A program made the position numbers and the translations under genes. Below, one piece after another: positions 18,736-29,114 of a stretch of DNA of 64,000 bases; within the stretch, counting starts at the first letter, position 1, and each line of letters begins with the position of its first letter. This DNA is from an uncultured Gemmatimonadales bacterium (GTDB taxonomy: Bacteria > Gemmatimonadota > Gemmatimonadetes > Gemmatimonadales > GWC2-71-9). The notes beneath the pieces are model-generated. The model had not been told where the DNA came from and ran no database searches. It saw nothing but the letters and a program-made list of their open reading frames with translations. The stretch covers positions 22,080 through 86,079 of the forward strand of contig CAWFNY010000004.1 in NCBI GenBank assembly GCA_963817435.1. The letters run 5' to 3'.

Positions 18736-19883
18736 AGTCCGACAGCGCACTGCTTCCGGTCTACGCGCAGTTCCCGGTCCGCCCCGTCTCCGGGCGCGGG
18801 TCGTGGCTCATCGACGCCGATGGCAACGAGTGGCTCGATGCCTATGGCGGCCACGCCGTCTCCTCGACCGGACACAGCCATCCTGCGGTCGTCCGCGCGA
18901 TCGCGGAGCAGGCGGAGAAGCTGCTGTTCTATTCGACCGCTGTCCCGCACCCGAATCGCGAGCTGCTCGCCGAGCGGCTGGCGGGGCTCTGTCCCGCGCC
19001 GCTGGGCAAGGTCTTCTTCTGCAACTCGGGCGCTGAAGCGAACGAGAACGCGCTGCATCTCGCGCGGAAAGTCACCGGGCGGAAGGCGATCGTGTCCCTG
19101 GAGGGTGGCTGGCACGGACGCACCGTCGCCTGTCTCGCGGTGACCGATGGCGCCAAGTACGAGGAAGGCGCGCTCCGCGCCGGGATGCCGCTCTCGCGGA
19201 AGATCCCCTTCAATCAACTCGTCGGCCTCGAGCGCGCGATCAATCCCACGGTCGCCGCCGTGATCCTTGAGCCGGTGCAGGGGATGTCCGGTGCCCGGGC
19301 CTGCGACACCGCCTTCCTGCGGCGGGTGCGCGAACTCTGCACCGAACATGGCGTGCTGCTCATTTTCGACGAAGTGCAGTGCGGCGTCGGCCGCTGCGGA
19401 GCCTTCACCGCGGCGGAAGCGTTCGGCGTCGTCCCCGACATCCTGACCATGGCGAAGGGCCTCGGCTCGGGTCTCCCGATCGGCGCGGTCGTGACGACCG
19501 ACGCGGTCTCCGCCACCATACGGACCGGAGACCTTGGCAGCACCTTCGGGGGCGGCCCCGTCCCCTGCGCCGCCGCACTCGCGACGCTCGATGTGATCGA
19601 GGACGAGGGGCTCATCGCCAACGCCCGCGAGATCGGGGAGTACCTCCGCGCGGAGGCGCGTCGCCTTTGCGGCCAGGCCATCACCGGCGTCGAGGGACGC
19701 GGGCTCCTGATCGGGCTGCGGCTCAACCGGCCGGCGGCGGATGTCCAGAAGGCGCTGTTCGCAAAGCGGATCCTCACCGGCACGGCGAGCGATCCCGCGA
19801 TCCTGCGCCTCATTCCTCCGCTCGGCTTCGCCCGCGCCGAAGCGGACCTGCTGCTGACGGCCCTCCAGGAGGTGCTGGCATGA
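18729..19883 (+). CDS. argD: Acetylornithine aminotransferase
   Basis: FFCNSGAEANE, WHGRT, EPVQG, FDEVQCG, TMAKGLGSG (PLP lysine), STFGG. Confidence 0.92.
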   Translation: MLKSDSALLPVYAQFPVRPVSGRGSWLIDADGNEWLDAYGGHAVSSTGHSHPAVVRAIAEQAEKLLFYSTAVPHPNRELLAERLAGLCPAPLGKVFFCNSGAEANENALHLARKVTGRKAIVSLEGGWHGRTVACLAVTDGAKYEEGALRAGMPLSRKIPFNQLVGLERAINPTVAAVILEPVQGMSGARACDTAFLRRVRELCTEHGVLLIFDEVQCGVGRCGAFTAAEAFGVVPDILTMAKGLGSGLPIGAVVTTDAVSATIRTGDLGSTFGGGPVPCAAALATLDVIEDEGLIANAREIGEYLRAEARRLCGQAITGVEGRGLLIGLRLNRPAADVQKALFAKRILTGTASDPAILRLIPPLGFARAEADLLLTALQEVLA

Positions 19884-20896
19884 GCAAGCGCGATTTCCTC
19901 ACCGTCGAGGACTGGACCGGGGAAGAGATCGACGCGCTGCTCGCGCTCGCTGCGAAGATCAAGCGGGGCGAGGTGCTCGGCGGGCTGGAGCGGAAGGTCA
20001 TGGCCATGGTCTTCATGGATCCCAGTCTCCGCACCCGCACCAGCTTCGAGACCGCGATGTTCCTGCATGGCGGGCACGCCGTCGTCCTCGAGCCCGGCAA
20101 GAGCAGCTGGAGCCTGGAGACCGAACCGGGCGCCGTCATGGATGGCACGACGGTCGAGCACATCAAGGATGCGGCGCGGGTCCTCGGCCGCTACGCGGAT
20201 GTCGTCGGGGTGCGCTCGTTCCCGCGGGGGACCGACTGGAACACGGTACGGGAGGACCGGATCGTGCGCGACTTCGCACGGTACTGCGAGAAGCCCGTCA
20301 TCAATATGGAATCCTCGCGCCGGCATCCGTGCCAGCAGCTCGCGGACGCCATGACGCTCCGGGAGAAGCTGGGCGACCCCCGCGGCAAGCGCTTCGTGCT
20401 GTTATGGGGATGGCATCCCAAGTCCCTGCCGACGGCGGTGCCCGCGAGTGCGGCGCTCGCCGCGGCGCACCAGGGAATGGAGATCGTCATCGGGCGCCCG
20501 GACGGCTACGAACTCGACGCGGAGGACACCGCCCTGATCCGGAAGATCGCGCAGGCGCGCGGCGGCGAGTTCGTGCACATCATGAACGACCCGGATGAGG
20601 CGGTCGTCGGCGCGGACGTGGTCTACGTGAAGTCCTGGGGTGCGGTGAAGCACTTCGGGCAGCCCGAGGAAGAGGCCGCCTTCCGCGCCGGGCTGCGCGA
20701 CTGGAGGCTCACGGCGCAGCGGCTCAAGTCCACCCGCGGCGGCCAGGCGACGGTGATGCACTGTCTTCCGGTGCGCCGCAATGTGGAGATCGACGACGCC
20801 GTACTCGACGGACCGACCTCCGCGGTGGTGGACGAGGCGGAGAACCGGCTGCATGTGCAGCGCGCGCTGCTGCTGACGCTGCTTGGCAAGACCTGA
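19880..20896 (+). CDS. argF: N-acetylornithine carbamoyltransferase (ArgF')
   Basis: SLRTRTS rather than STRT, SWSLE, HPCQ, WGWHPKSLPTAV, MHCLPVRRNVE; these are AOTCase-type signatures. Confidence 0.85.
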   Translation: MSKRDFLTVEDWTGEEIDALLALAAKIKRGEVLGGLERKVMAMVFMDPSLRTRTSFETAMFLHGGHAVVLEPGKSSWSLETEPGAVMDGTTVEHIKDAARVLGRYADVVGVRSFPRGTDWNTVREDRIVRDFARYCEKPVINMESSRRHPCQQLADAMTLREKLGDPRGKRFVLLWGWHPKSLPTAVPASAALAAAHQGMEIVIGRPDGYELDAEDTALIRKIAQARGGEFVHIMNDPDEAVVGADVVYVKSWGAVKHFGQPEEEAAFRAGLRDWRLTAQRLKSTRGGQATVMHCLPVRRNVEIDDAVLDGPTSAVVDEAENRLHVQRALLLTLLGKT

Positions 20897-20911
20897 ACCC
20901 ACGACGGACCC

Positions 20912-21847
20912 ATGACCATCGATCCATCCAAGGGCATTACCGGCCTCAAGGGCGCGCTGCGCTACGTGCGCGCCTATCGCGACAACGTCTTCGTCGTCAA
21001 GCTGGGCGGCGACGTCCTCGCGGACACCGAGGCGCTCGACCGGGTGGCGCAGCAGCTCGGGCTGCTCTCGTCGCTGAGCATCCGCATCGTCGTGGTCCAC
21101 GGGGGCGGGCCCCAGGCCACGGCGCTCTCGCGCCGGCTCGGGCAGGAGCCGACCATCGTCGCCGGGCGCCGGGTCACCGACGAGTCCGCGCTCGAAGTGG
21201 CGAAGATGGTGTATGCCGGCTCGCTCAACGTGAACCTGCTCGCCTCGCTCCGCGCCCATGAGGTGCAGGCGGTCGGCCTCTCGGGGGTCGATGCCGATCT
21301 CATCAGCGCGCGCCGCCGCCCGCCGGTGAAAGTCGTGGACGACGCCGGGGTCTCCCGCGAGGTGGACTACGGCCACGTCGGCGATGTCGACCGGGTGGAT
21401 CCCCGGGTGCTGGAGACCCTGCTCTCGACGCGGTTCATGCCGGTGGTCGCGAGTCTCGCCGGCGACAGCGACGGCAACGTCTTCAACGTCAACGCCGATA
21501 CCGTGGCGGAGTCGCTGGCGACCGCGCTCAAGGCGCAGAAGCTCATCTTCCTCACCGGCGCCCCGGGCGTGCTGCGCGATCGCAACGATCCCTCGAGTCT
21601 CGTGACCTTCGCGGACCCGGACGATCTCGCCAACCTCATGTCGAGCGGCTCGATCGCGGGCGGCATGCGCCCGAAGGTGGAGGCCTGCATCCGTGCCGCC
21701 ACGGGCGGCGTGGAGCGTACCCATATCATTGATGGCCGGTTGCCGGATTCCATCCTGCTCGAGGTGTTCACCGGCGCGGGATGCGGAACGATGATCGTCG
21801 GCCGCAAGGAAAAGGCGACCTATCTTGGCGTGGACCTCGCGACCTGA
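20912..21847 (+). CDS. argB: Acetylglutamate kinase (no fused GNAT domain)
   Basis: VVKLGG, VVHGGGPQ, GRRVTD, NVNAD, GGMRPKVEAC, HIIDGR. Confidence 0.93.
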   Translation: MTIDPSKGITGLKGALRYVRAYRDNVFVVKLGGDVLADTEALDRVAQQLGLLSSLSIRIVVVHGGGPQATALSRRLGQEPTIVAGRRVTDESALEVAKMVYAGSLNVNLLASLRAHEVQAVGLSGVDADLISARRRPPVKVVDDAGVSREVDYGHVGDVDRVDPRVLETLLSTRFMPVVASLAGDSDGNVFNVNADTVAESLATALKAQKLIFLTGAPGVLRDRNDPSSLVTFADPDDLANLMSSGSIAGGMRPKVEACIRAATGGVERTHIIDGRLPDSILLEVFTGAGCGTMIVGRKEKATYLGVDLAT

Positions 21848-22901
21848 GATTGCCCTCCTCCGCGACCTCGTCGCGATCCGCTCGGTCAGCGGGACCGAGG
21901 AGACGATCGCCCGGTGGGTGGAGGAGTGGGCGCGCGCGGCCGGGCTGCAGGTAAGCCGGGACGACGCATCGGTGGCCATCACCGTTCCCGGCCGGGCCCC
22001 CGGCCGGACGCTGGCGTTTGTCTCGCATCTCGACACCGTGCCGGCGGGTGAGGGGTGGACCCGGCCCGCGTTCGAGCCGACCATCGACGGCGACCGGATG
22101 TACGGCCGCGGCTCGGGCGACGCCAAGGCGTCGGTCGCCGCCATGCTGATGGCCGCCCGCGACCTGGCCGAGTCAGGCGGGCCGATGGCGGGCAGGCTGC
22201 TGGTCGTGCTCGGCTACGAGGAGGAGACCAAGCTCACCACGATGGGCACCGCGGTGGCGCGGCTCGGACCGATCGACGCCGCCATCGTCGGTGAGCCGAC
22301 CAATCTGGAGTTCGCGATCGCGCAGCGCGGGCTCATGATGGTGGACCTCGTCGCCCGCGGGGTGCAGCGGCACGCCGGATACGCGGCCGACAACCCCGAC
22401 TTCACCAACGCCATCGTCGAACTCGGCCGGAATGTCGCGAAGCTGCCGTCGCTCTTCCGCGACCGCGTTCACCCGATCCTGGGGATCGCCACGGCCACGC
22501 CGACCATGCTGGAGGGCGGCATCAGCCGGAATGTGACGCCGCCGGTCGCCCGCGCCGTCCTCGACGTGCGGAGTACACCGAGCTGGAGTCACGCCGAACT
22601 GGCCAGGGCGCTCACCGAGGCGCTCGATGTCGAGGTGATCGTGACCTCCGACCGGCTGGTGCCATGCGAGACGCCGCCCGGCTCCCGGCTGCTCGACCTC
22701 GCGCGCCAGGCCCGCCCCGAAGGAAGGCCGTTCGGTTCACCTACCTGTTCCGACTGGGTATTTTTGCGCGACCGGGATGCCATCAAGTGCGGGCCCGGGA
22801 CCAGCCGCCGCTCGCACACCCCTGACGAGTACGTCGACCTGCCGGAAGTCTCGGAGGCGCGGCTCTTCTATCGCCAATTAGCCCAGGCCTACCTCGCATG
22901 A
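21825..22901 (+). CDS. argE: M20 deacetylase (ArgE-like; probably N-acetylcitrulline/acetylornithine deacetylase)
   Basis: [25 protein letters not shown]...SH. Lies inside the arg operon. Exact start uncertain (TTG). Confidence 0.8.
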   Translation: MAWTSRPEIALLRDLVAIRSVSGTEETIARWVEEWARAAGLQVSRDDASVAITVPGRAPGRTLAFVSHLDTVPAGEGWTRPAFEPTIDGDRMYGRGSGDAKASVAAMLMAARDLAESGGPMAGRLLVVLGYEEETKLTTMGTAVARLGPIDAAIVGEPTNLEFAIAQRGLMMVDLVARGVQRHAGYAADNPDFTNAIVELGRNVAKLPSLFRDRVHPILGIATATPTMLEGGISRNVTPPVARAVLDVRSTPSWSHAELARALTEALDVEVIVTSDRLVPCETPPGSRLLDLARQARPEGRPFGSPTCSDWVFLRDRDAIKCGPGTSRRSHTPDEYVDLPEVSEARLFYRQLAQAYLA

Positions 22902-24338
22902 GCCGCAAGAAACCCGGAGCCCGCGCCACGACACCGCCGCCGCCGATCCCGCCGGTGATGACCACCCTGTGGGCGTCGAGCAATTCGCTCGACCGCCAGA
23001 TGCTCGACTACACCGCCGCCGAAGACCGGCTGTGGGACGGACGGCTGATCGCGTGGGACATTCTCGGGAGCCTGGGACACATCGAGGGTCTCCGCGCCTC
23101 GAAGCTCCTGAGCCAGACCGAGTACCAGCGGCTCCGCGCGGGCCTCCGCGCGGCATTGCGGGAGGTCGAGGCGGGCCGCCTCGAAGTGACGCCGGAACAT
23201 GAGGACGTGCATACCGCGGTCGAGGACTGGCTGGTCCAGCACGTCGGTCCCGTCGGGGAGCGGCTGCACACCGGGCGCTCGCGCAACGACCAGGTCGCCT
23301 GCGACCTCCGGCTCTACCTCAAGGACCGGCTGCTGCTCCTGAGCGGCGAGGCGCTCGACCTCGCCGAGAGCCTCCTGATCTTCGCGCAGAAGTATCAGCG
23401 GGTCCTGTGGCCCGGCTACACCCACACCCGGCGGGCCATGCCTTCCTCGGCCGGGCTGTGGGCCGCCGCCTTTGCGGAGGGCATCCTGGATACCGTGGAG
23501 GCCGCGCCGGCCGTCTGGGCGAAGGTGGACCGGTCGCCGTTAGGCAGCGCCGCCGGCTACGGGGTGCCGCTGCCGCTCAAGCGCGAGGCGACGGCCAGGG
23601 CGCTGGGCTTCGGCAGCGTGGAGCACAACGTCGGCCTGGTGCAGAACAGCCGGGGCAAGCTCGAGGCCCTCGTGCTGTTCTGGTGCGTGCAGCTCGGCCA
23701 CGAGCTCTCCAAACTCAGCACCGACGTCATCGTGTTCTCGTCGGATGAGTTCGGCTTCCTGGTGCTGCCGCCCGACCTCGCGACCGGCTCCAGCATCATG
23801 CCTCACAAGCGGAACCCCGATCTGTTCGAGCTGACCCGCAGCCGCGCCGCGGCGCTCGAGGGCGACCTCTTCACCGTCTTCCAGATCAAGGGGAAGCTCG
23901 GCAGCGGCTACCACCGTGACTTCCAGCTCATCAAGGAGCCGGTCATGCGCGGCGTGGACCGGCTCGAGGGGATGCTCTCCATGCTCGCCGTCGCGGTGCC
24001 GCGCCTCGGCGTCGACGCGGCCGTGGGCCGCGACATCCTGAGCGGCGGCCCGCTCGCGACCGACGAGGTGATGCGCCGGGTGGAGAGCGGCCGGGCCTTC
24101 CGCTCCGCCTATCGGGAAGTCGCGGCCGCGATCAAGGAAGGCGACTGGTGGCGGGAGCCGGCCACCGAGGAGATCATCGGCCGGCGGCGCAGCACCGGCG
24201 GGCTGGGCAATCTCGGACTGCCGGCCGTGCGTGCCGCGGCTCCGCGCCTGCCGGGCATGGGCCGCGCGGGAGCAGCGCAAGTTCGAAGGCGCGATCGACC
24301 GGCTGGCCGGCCGGGGCGGTTCGCGCGGTGGCCCATGA
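22898..24338 (+). CDS. argH: Argininosuccinate lyase with frameshift near 24235
   Basis: [37 protein letters not shown]. The plausible C-terminus ([25 protein letters not shown]...) is in another frame and ends at TGA 24336-24338, overlapping the argR ATG. Confidence 0.88.
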
Positions 24339-24788
24339 GCGGCGACCGTCGGAAGCGCCACCTCAAGATCCTCGAGCTGATCAGCACCCGGCCGATTCAC
24401 ACGCAGGAGGAGCTGGCCGACGCCCTGTCGGCGGAGGGATGGAAGGTCACCCAGAGCTCCGTCAGCCGCGACATCACCGCGCTCGAAGCTGGTGAAGGTG
24501 GACGGCGCCTATCGGCGTCCCGCACGGATCACCGCCGAGCCCGAGCACCCTGACGAACGGCGCATCGTCGAAGGGGTGCTCACCGCCGAGGCCGCGGGCG
24601 ATGCCCTCTGCGTGCTGCACACGCCCGCCGGCGAAGCCAATCGCGTCGCCGTGGCCATCGACCGGCTGGCATGGGGTGACGTCATCGGCACCATCGCCGG
24701 GGACGACACCATCTTCCTCGCCGTGCGAAACGGGCAGGCGCAGCAGCGCGTCTTGCGACAGCTCAAGCGCCTGGCTGAGGCACGGTAG
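24335..24788 (+). CDS. argR: Arginine repressor with frameshift near 24485
   Basis: TQEEL...[10 protein letters not shown] (winged HTH), then after one extra base KLVKVDGAY...[10 protein letters not shown]. Confidence 0.88.
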
Positions 24789-24813
24789 GTCTCGACCCGT
24801 TCGGGACGAGACC
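24788..24813 (+). terminator. Hairpin after argR
   Basis: ggtctcg-a-ccc gttc ggg-a-cgagacc inverted repeat; no U-tract. Confidence 0.35.
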
Positions 24814-24827
24814 CCGCGAGACCCTCC

Positions 24828-26882
24828 GTGGACGCCCTCGAACACTTCCTCCGCGACCTCGCCGTCGTCCTCGTCAGCGCCGGGGCGACGGCGCTGCTGT
24901 TCCAGCGGCTTCGCTGGCCCGTCGTCGCCGGCTACCTCGTGGCCGGCGTCATTATCGGTCCCAGCGTCCCGCCGTCGTGGGTGAGTGACGAGCACATCAT
25001 CCACCTGCTCTCCGAACTTGGCGTCATCCTCCTGATGTTCAGCATCGGCCTCGAGTTCCGGCTCGACCGATTGCTCAAGACCGGCCCGGCCGCCGGACTC
25101 GCCGCGCTGGTGGAGATCGGGCTCATGCTGGCGCTCGGCTTCGGCGCCGGGCGCGCCTTCGGCTGGAGCCCGCTGGCCAGCGCCTTCCTCGCCGGCGCCG
25201 TGGCGGTCTCCAGCACCATGATCCTCACCAAGGTGCTCGAGGCCCACCCGCTTGGCCCGGAACTCCGGCCGACGGTGTTCAGCCTCACGCTGTTCGAGGA
25301 CGTGGGCGCGATGATCATCATCGCGCTGCTCACCGCCGCTGCGTCGGGGGAGGGGTTGTCAGGTACGGCACTGGCAGGCGTGGTGGGCCGGCTGATCGGC
25401 GTGCTGGCGCTGTTCATGGTGCTCGGGCTCGCGGCCGTGCCCCGTGCCGCGCGCTGGGTGATCGGCCTCCGCAAACCCGAGACGATGCTCATCAGCATGG
25501 TGGGGTTCGCCTTCGGGTTGTCGTTCCTCGCCGGGGCCGCCGGGTTCTCGGTGGCGCTGGGCGCGTTTCTCGCCGGGCTGCTCGTGGCGGAATCGGGCGG
25601 GGGGAAGATCGTGGCGGGAGAGGTGCGCCCGCTGCGCGACGTCTTCGCCGCGATCTTCTTCGTCGCCACCGGCATGCAGCTCGACCTCCGGCTGCTCGCC
25701 GCCGAGTGGCCGCTGGCCCTCGGCGTCCTCACGGTCGTCCTCATCGGCAAGCCGGTCGCCGTGACGCTCGGCGTCTTTCTCTCGGGCCAGAGTCTCCGCT
25801 CGGCGATCCGCGCGGCGCTCAGCGTCGCGCAGATCGGCGAGTTCTCGTTCATCCTGGCCGGGGTCGGTGCAACGCTCGGGGTGGTGCCGCGCGCCTTCGT
25901 TGCCGCCGCGGTCGCGGTTTCGATCGTGACGGCGTTCCTCTCCACCTGGCTCGCGGGGGTGGCGGACGCCGTGGCCGAGCGGGTGGACCGGGCGCTGCCG
26001 CACCGGGTGCAGATGGTGGCGTCGTTGTACGGCGCCTGGGTCGAGGCGCTCCGCACCGCTCCGCGCGAGCGCTCGCCCTGGATGCGGGTGCGCAGCGCCG
26101 CGCGATGGCTCGCGGCGGATGCCCTGGCGATCGCCGGTCTCGTCTTCGCCGGGTCGTATCTCAGGAACAAGCTGGTGGGACTGGTCGAGGGCTACGGCAT
26201 CAGCCCGGAGCTGGCCTCGTGGATGGTGGCACTGCTGACCCTCGCCGCCGTGACACCGTTCCTGATCGGGATCCTGCGTGTCACCCGCGCGCTGGGGGAT
26301 CAACTGGGAGCGATCGTCGTCCCCATGCCGGCAGCGGGAAAGGTGGACAACGGGCGTTCTCCTCGCCGGGTGCTGAGTGTCGCCGTGCAGGTGGCGGCGA
26401 TCCTGGCGACGGGAGGACCGCTGGTCGTGGTGACGCAGCCATTCCTGCCTCCGCTCAGCGGACTCGCGGTGCTGGGGCTGGTGCTTCTGCTCTTCGGCAT
26501 CGTATTCTGGCGACGGGCGACCGATCTCTTCGGTCACTTCCGTGCCGGTGCGGAGCTGATCGTGGCCACGCTCGCCAAGCAGTCGCAGGCGGAGACGCTG
26601 GAGTTCGCGCCGGTGCGGCGCATGCTGCCGGGACTGGGCGACTTCGCGCCTCTCAGGGTGGGGGAGCGGTCGGAGGGGGATGGCCGGTCGCTCGGGGAAC
26701 TCAATCTGCGCGGCCGCACCGGCGCCTCGGTGGTCGCGCTGCTGCGCGGTGATCAGCGGATCGCCTTTCCGGAAGCGGGCGAACGGCTGGCCGCGGGCGA
26801 CCTGGTGGCGCTGACCGGAAGCCACGACGCCATCGCCGCGGCTGCCGCCATTCTTGGTGCACATGAAGCCGCGGGGTCCTAG
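24828..26882 (+). CDS. CPA2 cation:proton antiporter with C-terminal TrkA-C domain
   Basis: LGVILLMFSIGLEF, SSTMI, ALGAFLAGLLVAES, AQIGEFSF; TrkA-C (GRSLGELNLRGRTGASVVAL). Confidence 0.9.
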   Translation: MDALEHFLRDLAVVLVSAGATALLFQRLRWPVVAGYLVAGVIIGPSVPPSWVSDEHIIHLLSELGVILLMFSIGLEFRLDRLLKTGPAAGLAALVEIGLMLALGFGAGRAFGWSPLASAFLAGAVAVSSTMILTKVLEAHPLGPELRPTVFSLTLFEDVGAMIIIALLTAAASGEGLSGTALAGVVGRLIGVLALFMVLGLAAVPRAARWVIGLRKPETMLISMVGFAFGLSFLAGAAGFSVALGAFLAGLLVAESGGGKIVAGEVRPLRDVFAAIFFVATGMQLDLRLLAAEWPLALGVLTVVLIGKPVAVTLGVFLSGQSLRSAIRAALSVAQIGEFSFILAGVGATLGVVPRAFVAAAVAVSIVTAFLSTWLAGVADAVAERVDRALPHRVQMVASLYGAWVEALRTAPRERSPWMRVRSAARWLAADALAIAGLVFAGSYLRNKLVGLVEGYGISPELASWMVALLTLAAVTPFLIGILRVTRALGDQLGAIVVPMPAAGKVDNGRSPRRVLSVAVQVAAILATGGPLVVVTQPFLPPLSGLAVLGLVLLLFGIVFWRRATDLFGHFRAGAELIVATLAKQSQAETLEFAPVRRMLPGLGDFAPLRVGERSEGDGRSLGELNLRGRTGASVVALLRGDQRIAFPEAGERLAAGDLVALTGSHDAIAAAAAILGAHEAAGS

Positions 26883-26925
26883 CCTCCCCGCGCCCGGTAC
26901 TCCACTCCTCACTAGGCATGGCCCC

Positions 26926-27345
26926 ATGCGCCTCTCCCTGACACTCGCGATCCTGGCGATCTGCGCTGCCTGCCACCGGACCACCAGCACGCTGCCCCCG
27001 GATCTCGCCAGCCGGTTCGAGGCGGAATCGATCGTGCACCAGGCCAACGACGAGGTATTCCGCTACACCTACTACTCCCGGAGCACCCGTGGCACTCGTT
27101 GGGAGGATCGCGACGCGTCGATCATCGTCACGAAGTCGAGTGTCTTCATCCACAAGAACGAGAAGGTGGGTCTCGACCTCACCGCCGCGACCCGCAAGGC
27201 GACCGATGTCCGCCGCGAGGGCGACCGGGTGATCATCAGCGCCGGCAGCGGACAGTCGAGGGTCTCGTGGTCGTTCCGGCCGCCGGAGGATGCGGAGGGG
27301 TGGGCGAGGGATATCCGGGCGGTGATCGAGACGTCCTCGCCCTGA
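26926..27345 (+). CDS. Hypothetical lipoprotein with PH-like C-terminal region
   Basis: MRLSLTLAILAICAAC lipobox-like; ends with WSFRPPEDAEGWARDIRAVI. Confidence 0.6.
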   Translation: MRLSLTLAILAICAACHRTTSTLPPDLASRFEAESIVHQANDEVFRYTYYSRSTRGTRWEDRDASIIVTKSSVFIHKNEKVGLDLTAATRKATDVRREGDRVIISAGSGQSRVSWSFRPPEDAEGWARDIRAVIETSSP

Positions 27346-27573
27346 TAGAATCGATGAGCTCGTCGCTGAAGCGACGGGAGAGGGAAAAGCTGGCGAACGA
27401 GATCAGCTCAGGGATGAGCTTCTCCTTGAGGCATCGGTGCGGGCGTGCGAAAAACGGGAGAGAGCCCGCGCAAAATGCTGTGCAGGGCGACGCAGAAACG
27501 ACAGGGAGTACCGAGTGCGAGTGCCGTCAGACACTACCTTGCCGGGCGATGCTCGCGTCCTGGATTCCTCCGC

Positions 27574-27801
27574 ATGACATCGCATCCAGGTGGCTCCACA
27601 CCTTCTCCGCGGGCGAACTGGCCGGTGCGGATCTTCTCGCAAGGACAGGAGCCGGGCGACGATCTCTCGGCGAGCACCACGGCCGAGGAGCGCATCGAGA
27701 TGGTCTGGGAACTGTCCCGGCGCATGTGGGGCCTCACCGGGCGGACCTCGCCGCTCCTCCCCCGCAAGGACCTCCCAGTCCGCGTCATCCGCTCGGCGTG
27801 A
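27574..27801 (+). CDS. Small protein typical of the upstream partner of nucleotidyltransferase genes
   Basis: DDLSASTTAEERIEMVWELSRRMW; stop overlaps the GTG of the downstream nucleotidyltransferase remnant. Confidence 0.5.
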   Translation: MTSHPGGSTPSPRANWPVRIFSQGQEPGDDLSASTTAEERIEMVWELSRRMWGLTGRTSPLLPRKDLPVRVIRSA

Positions 27802-28107
27802 ACGACGACTGGTTCGACGTGCTGCGCGCGCTGCTCCAGTCCGACGCGCGATTCCTCATCACGCGCGCCGACTTCGATCACCCCGGACCGATCATTCAGT
27901 TCGGTCTCCCTCCCAACCGGATCGACCTGCTCACCGCGATCAGCGGGCTCCCCGATTTCACCGCGGCCTGGACGGGCCGGTGCGTCCACGAGGTACGGGG
28001 ACACCCGGTGCCGTTCCTGGGACGGACCGAGTTGATCGTGAACAAGCGGGCGGCGGAAGGATCTCGCCGACCTCGAAGCGGTACGTGAGCTGCCTCCCTG
28101 GCCGTGA
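27798..28107 (+). pseudogene. Nucleotidyltransferase (MNT-like) remnant with internal deletion and 3' frameshift
   Basis: MNDDWFDVLRALLQSDARFL jumps to QFGLPPNRIDLLTAISG, so the catalytic G..A...DLD segment is missing. NKRAA is followed out of frame by KDLADLEAV. Confidence 0.65.
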
Positions 28108-28337
28108 AGAGAAGGCGGGAGGGCGGCGACCGAGCGCCCCGGAGACCATCATGCCACGGCTTCCTGAACCGGATCGGATACTGCCGCTCCTCGCGGCGTA
28201 AACTGACCTTCGACCTGGACCAAACGAAGCAGGCCGGTCAGCGGTGCTCGGCGCGTTGCCGCTCGACCAGGACGCGTCGCTGCGCGGTCTCGAGATGACG
28301 CCCGATATCCGGGGACGAGGATGACCCTTCGGCCGAA

Positions 28338-29114
28338 CTAGTACCCCGCCGTCAACCCGAAATCGAGCGGGATCGCCGCACCCGTGAGCCCGGCCATGCG
28401 GGGAGACGCGATCGTGAGGATGGCATCCGCGACCTCCTCGGCACGCAGGAATCTCGCGCCGGCCCGCTGCGGATACCGGTTGAGCAGTGCTTCGCGGTAG
28501 CCCTGAGGGTTGCCGCCGCCATACCGCTCCGCCTGGCTGGCCAGCATTGGGGTGTCGACATCGGCCGGGCAGATCGCATTCACCCGGATGCCGCGCGGCG
28601 CGAGTTCGAGGGCGAGCGCCCTGGTCAGCAGCACCACTCCGCCCTTCGACGCCGAATAGATCGCCGCGCCCGCATTGCCCACCAGTCCCGCATCGGACGC
28701 CACATTCACGATCACCCCGCCGGTCAGCGCCAGCGCGGGAATCGCGTGGCTGCAGGCGAAGAATGTGCCTTTGAGGTTCACGTCCAGGACCCGGTCCCAG
28801 TCCGCTTCGGTCATCGCCTCGCTCGGGCCTTCCACCCAGACCCCAGCCGAGTTGATCAGCGCGTCGAGCCGGCCAAACCGGTCGAGGGTGATGCTCACCA
28901 TCCGGGCGCAGTCGGCGACACGGCTCACATCGGTCGGCGTGATCGCGACGGCTCCCCGTGAGGCCAGCGCGCCTGCGGTGGCCTCGAGGCGCGCCTGATC
29001 GTGATCGGCGAGCATTACCGATGCACCGGCGTCAAGATACTTCTCCGCCACCGCCCGCCCGATCCCGCTCGCGCCCCCCGTGATGAGCGCAACCCGGTCA
29101 GCCCACTCGGCCAT
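28338..29114 (-). CDS. Short-chain dehydrogenase/reductase
   Basis: TGGASGIG, NSAG, YSASK, IRVNAICP. Confidence 0.92.
   Translation of the reverse strand: MAEWADRVALITGGASGIGRAVAEKYLDAGASVMLADHDQARLEATAGALASRGAVAITPTDVSRVADCARMVSITLDRFGRLDALINSAGVWVEGPSEAMTEADWDRVLDVNLKGTFFACSHAIPALALTGGVIVNVASDAGLVGNAGAAIYSASKGGVVLLTRALALELAPRGIRVNAICPADVDTPMLASQAERYGGGNPQGYREALLNRYPQRAGARFLRAEEVADAILTIASPRMAGLTGAAIPLDFGLTAGY

Noticed and set aside
19379-19879. Apparent 505-aa ArgF with an Arg-rich N-terminus
   Set aside because: Off-frame overlap with argD; the real start is ATG 19880.
22898-24553. ArgH-ArgR fusion protein
   Set aside because: Better explained by single-base frameshifts, which restore two normal genes.
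27350-27470. Protein-like minus-strand stretch (PFFARPHRCLKEKLIPELISFASFSLSRRFSDELIDS)
   Set aside because: No clear start or recognisable family; cannot be supported as a gene.
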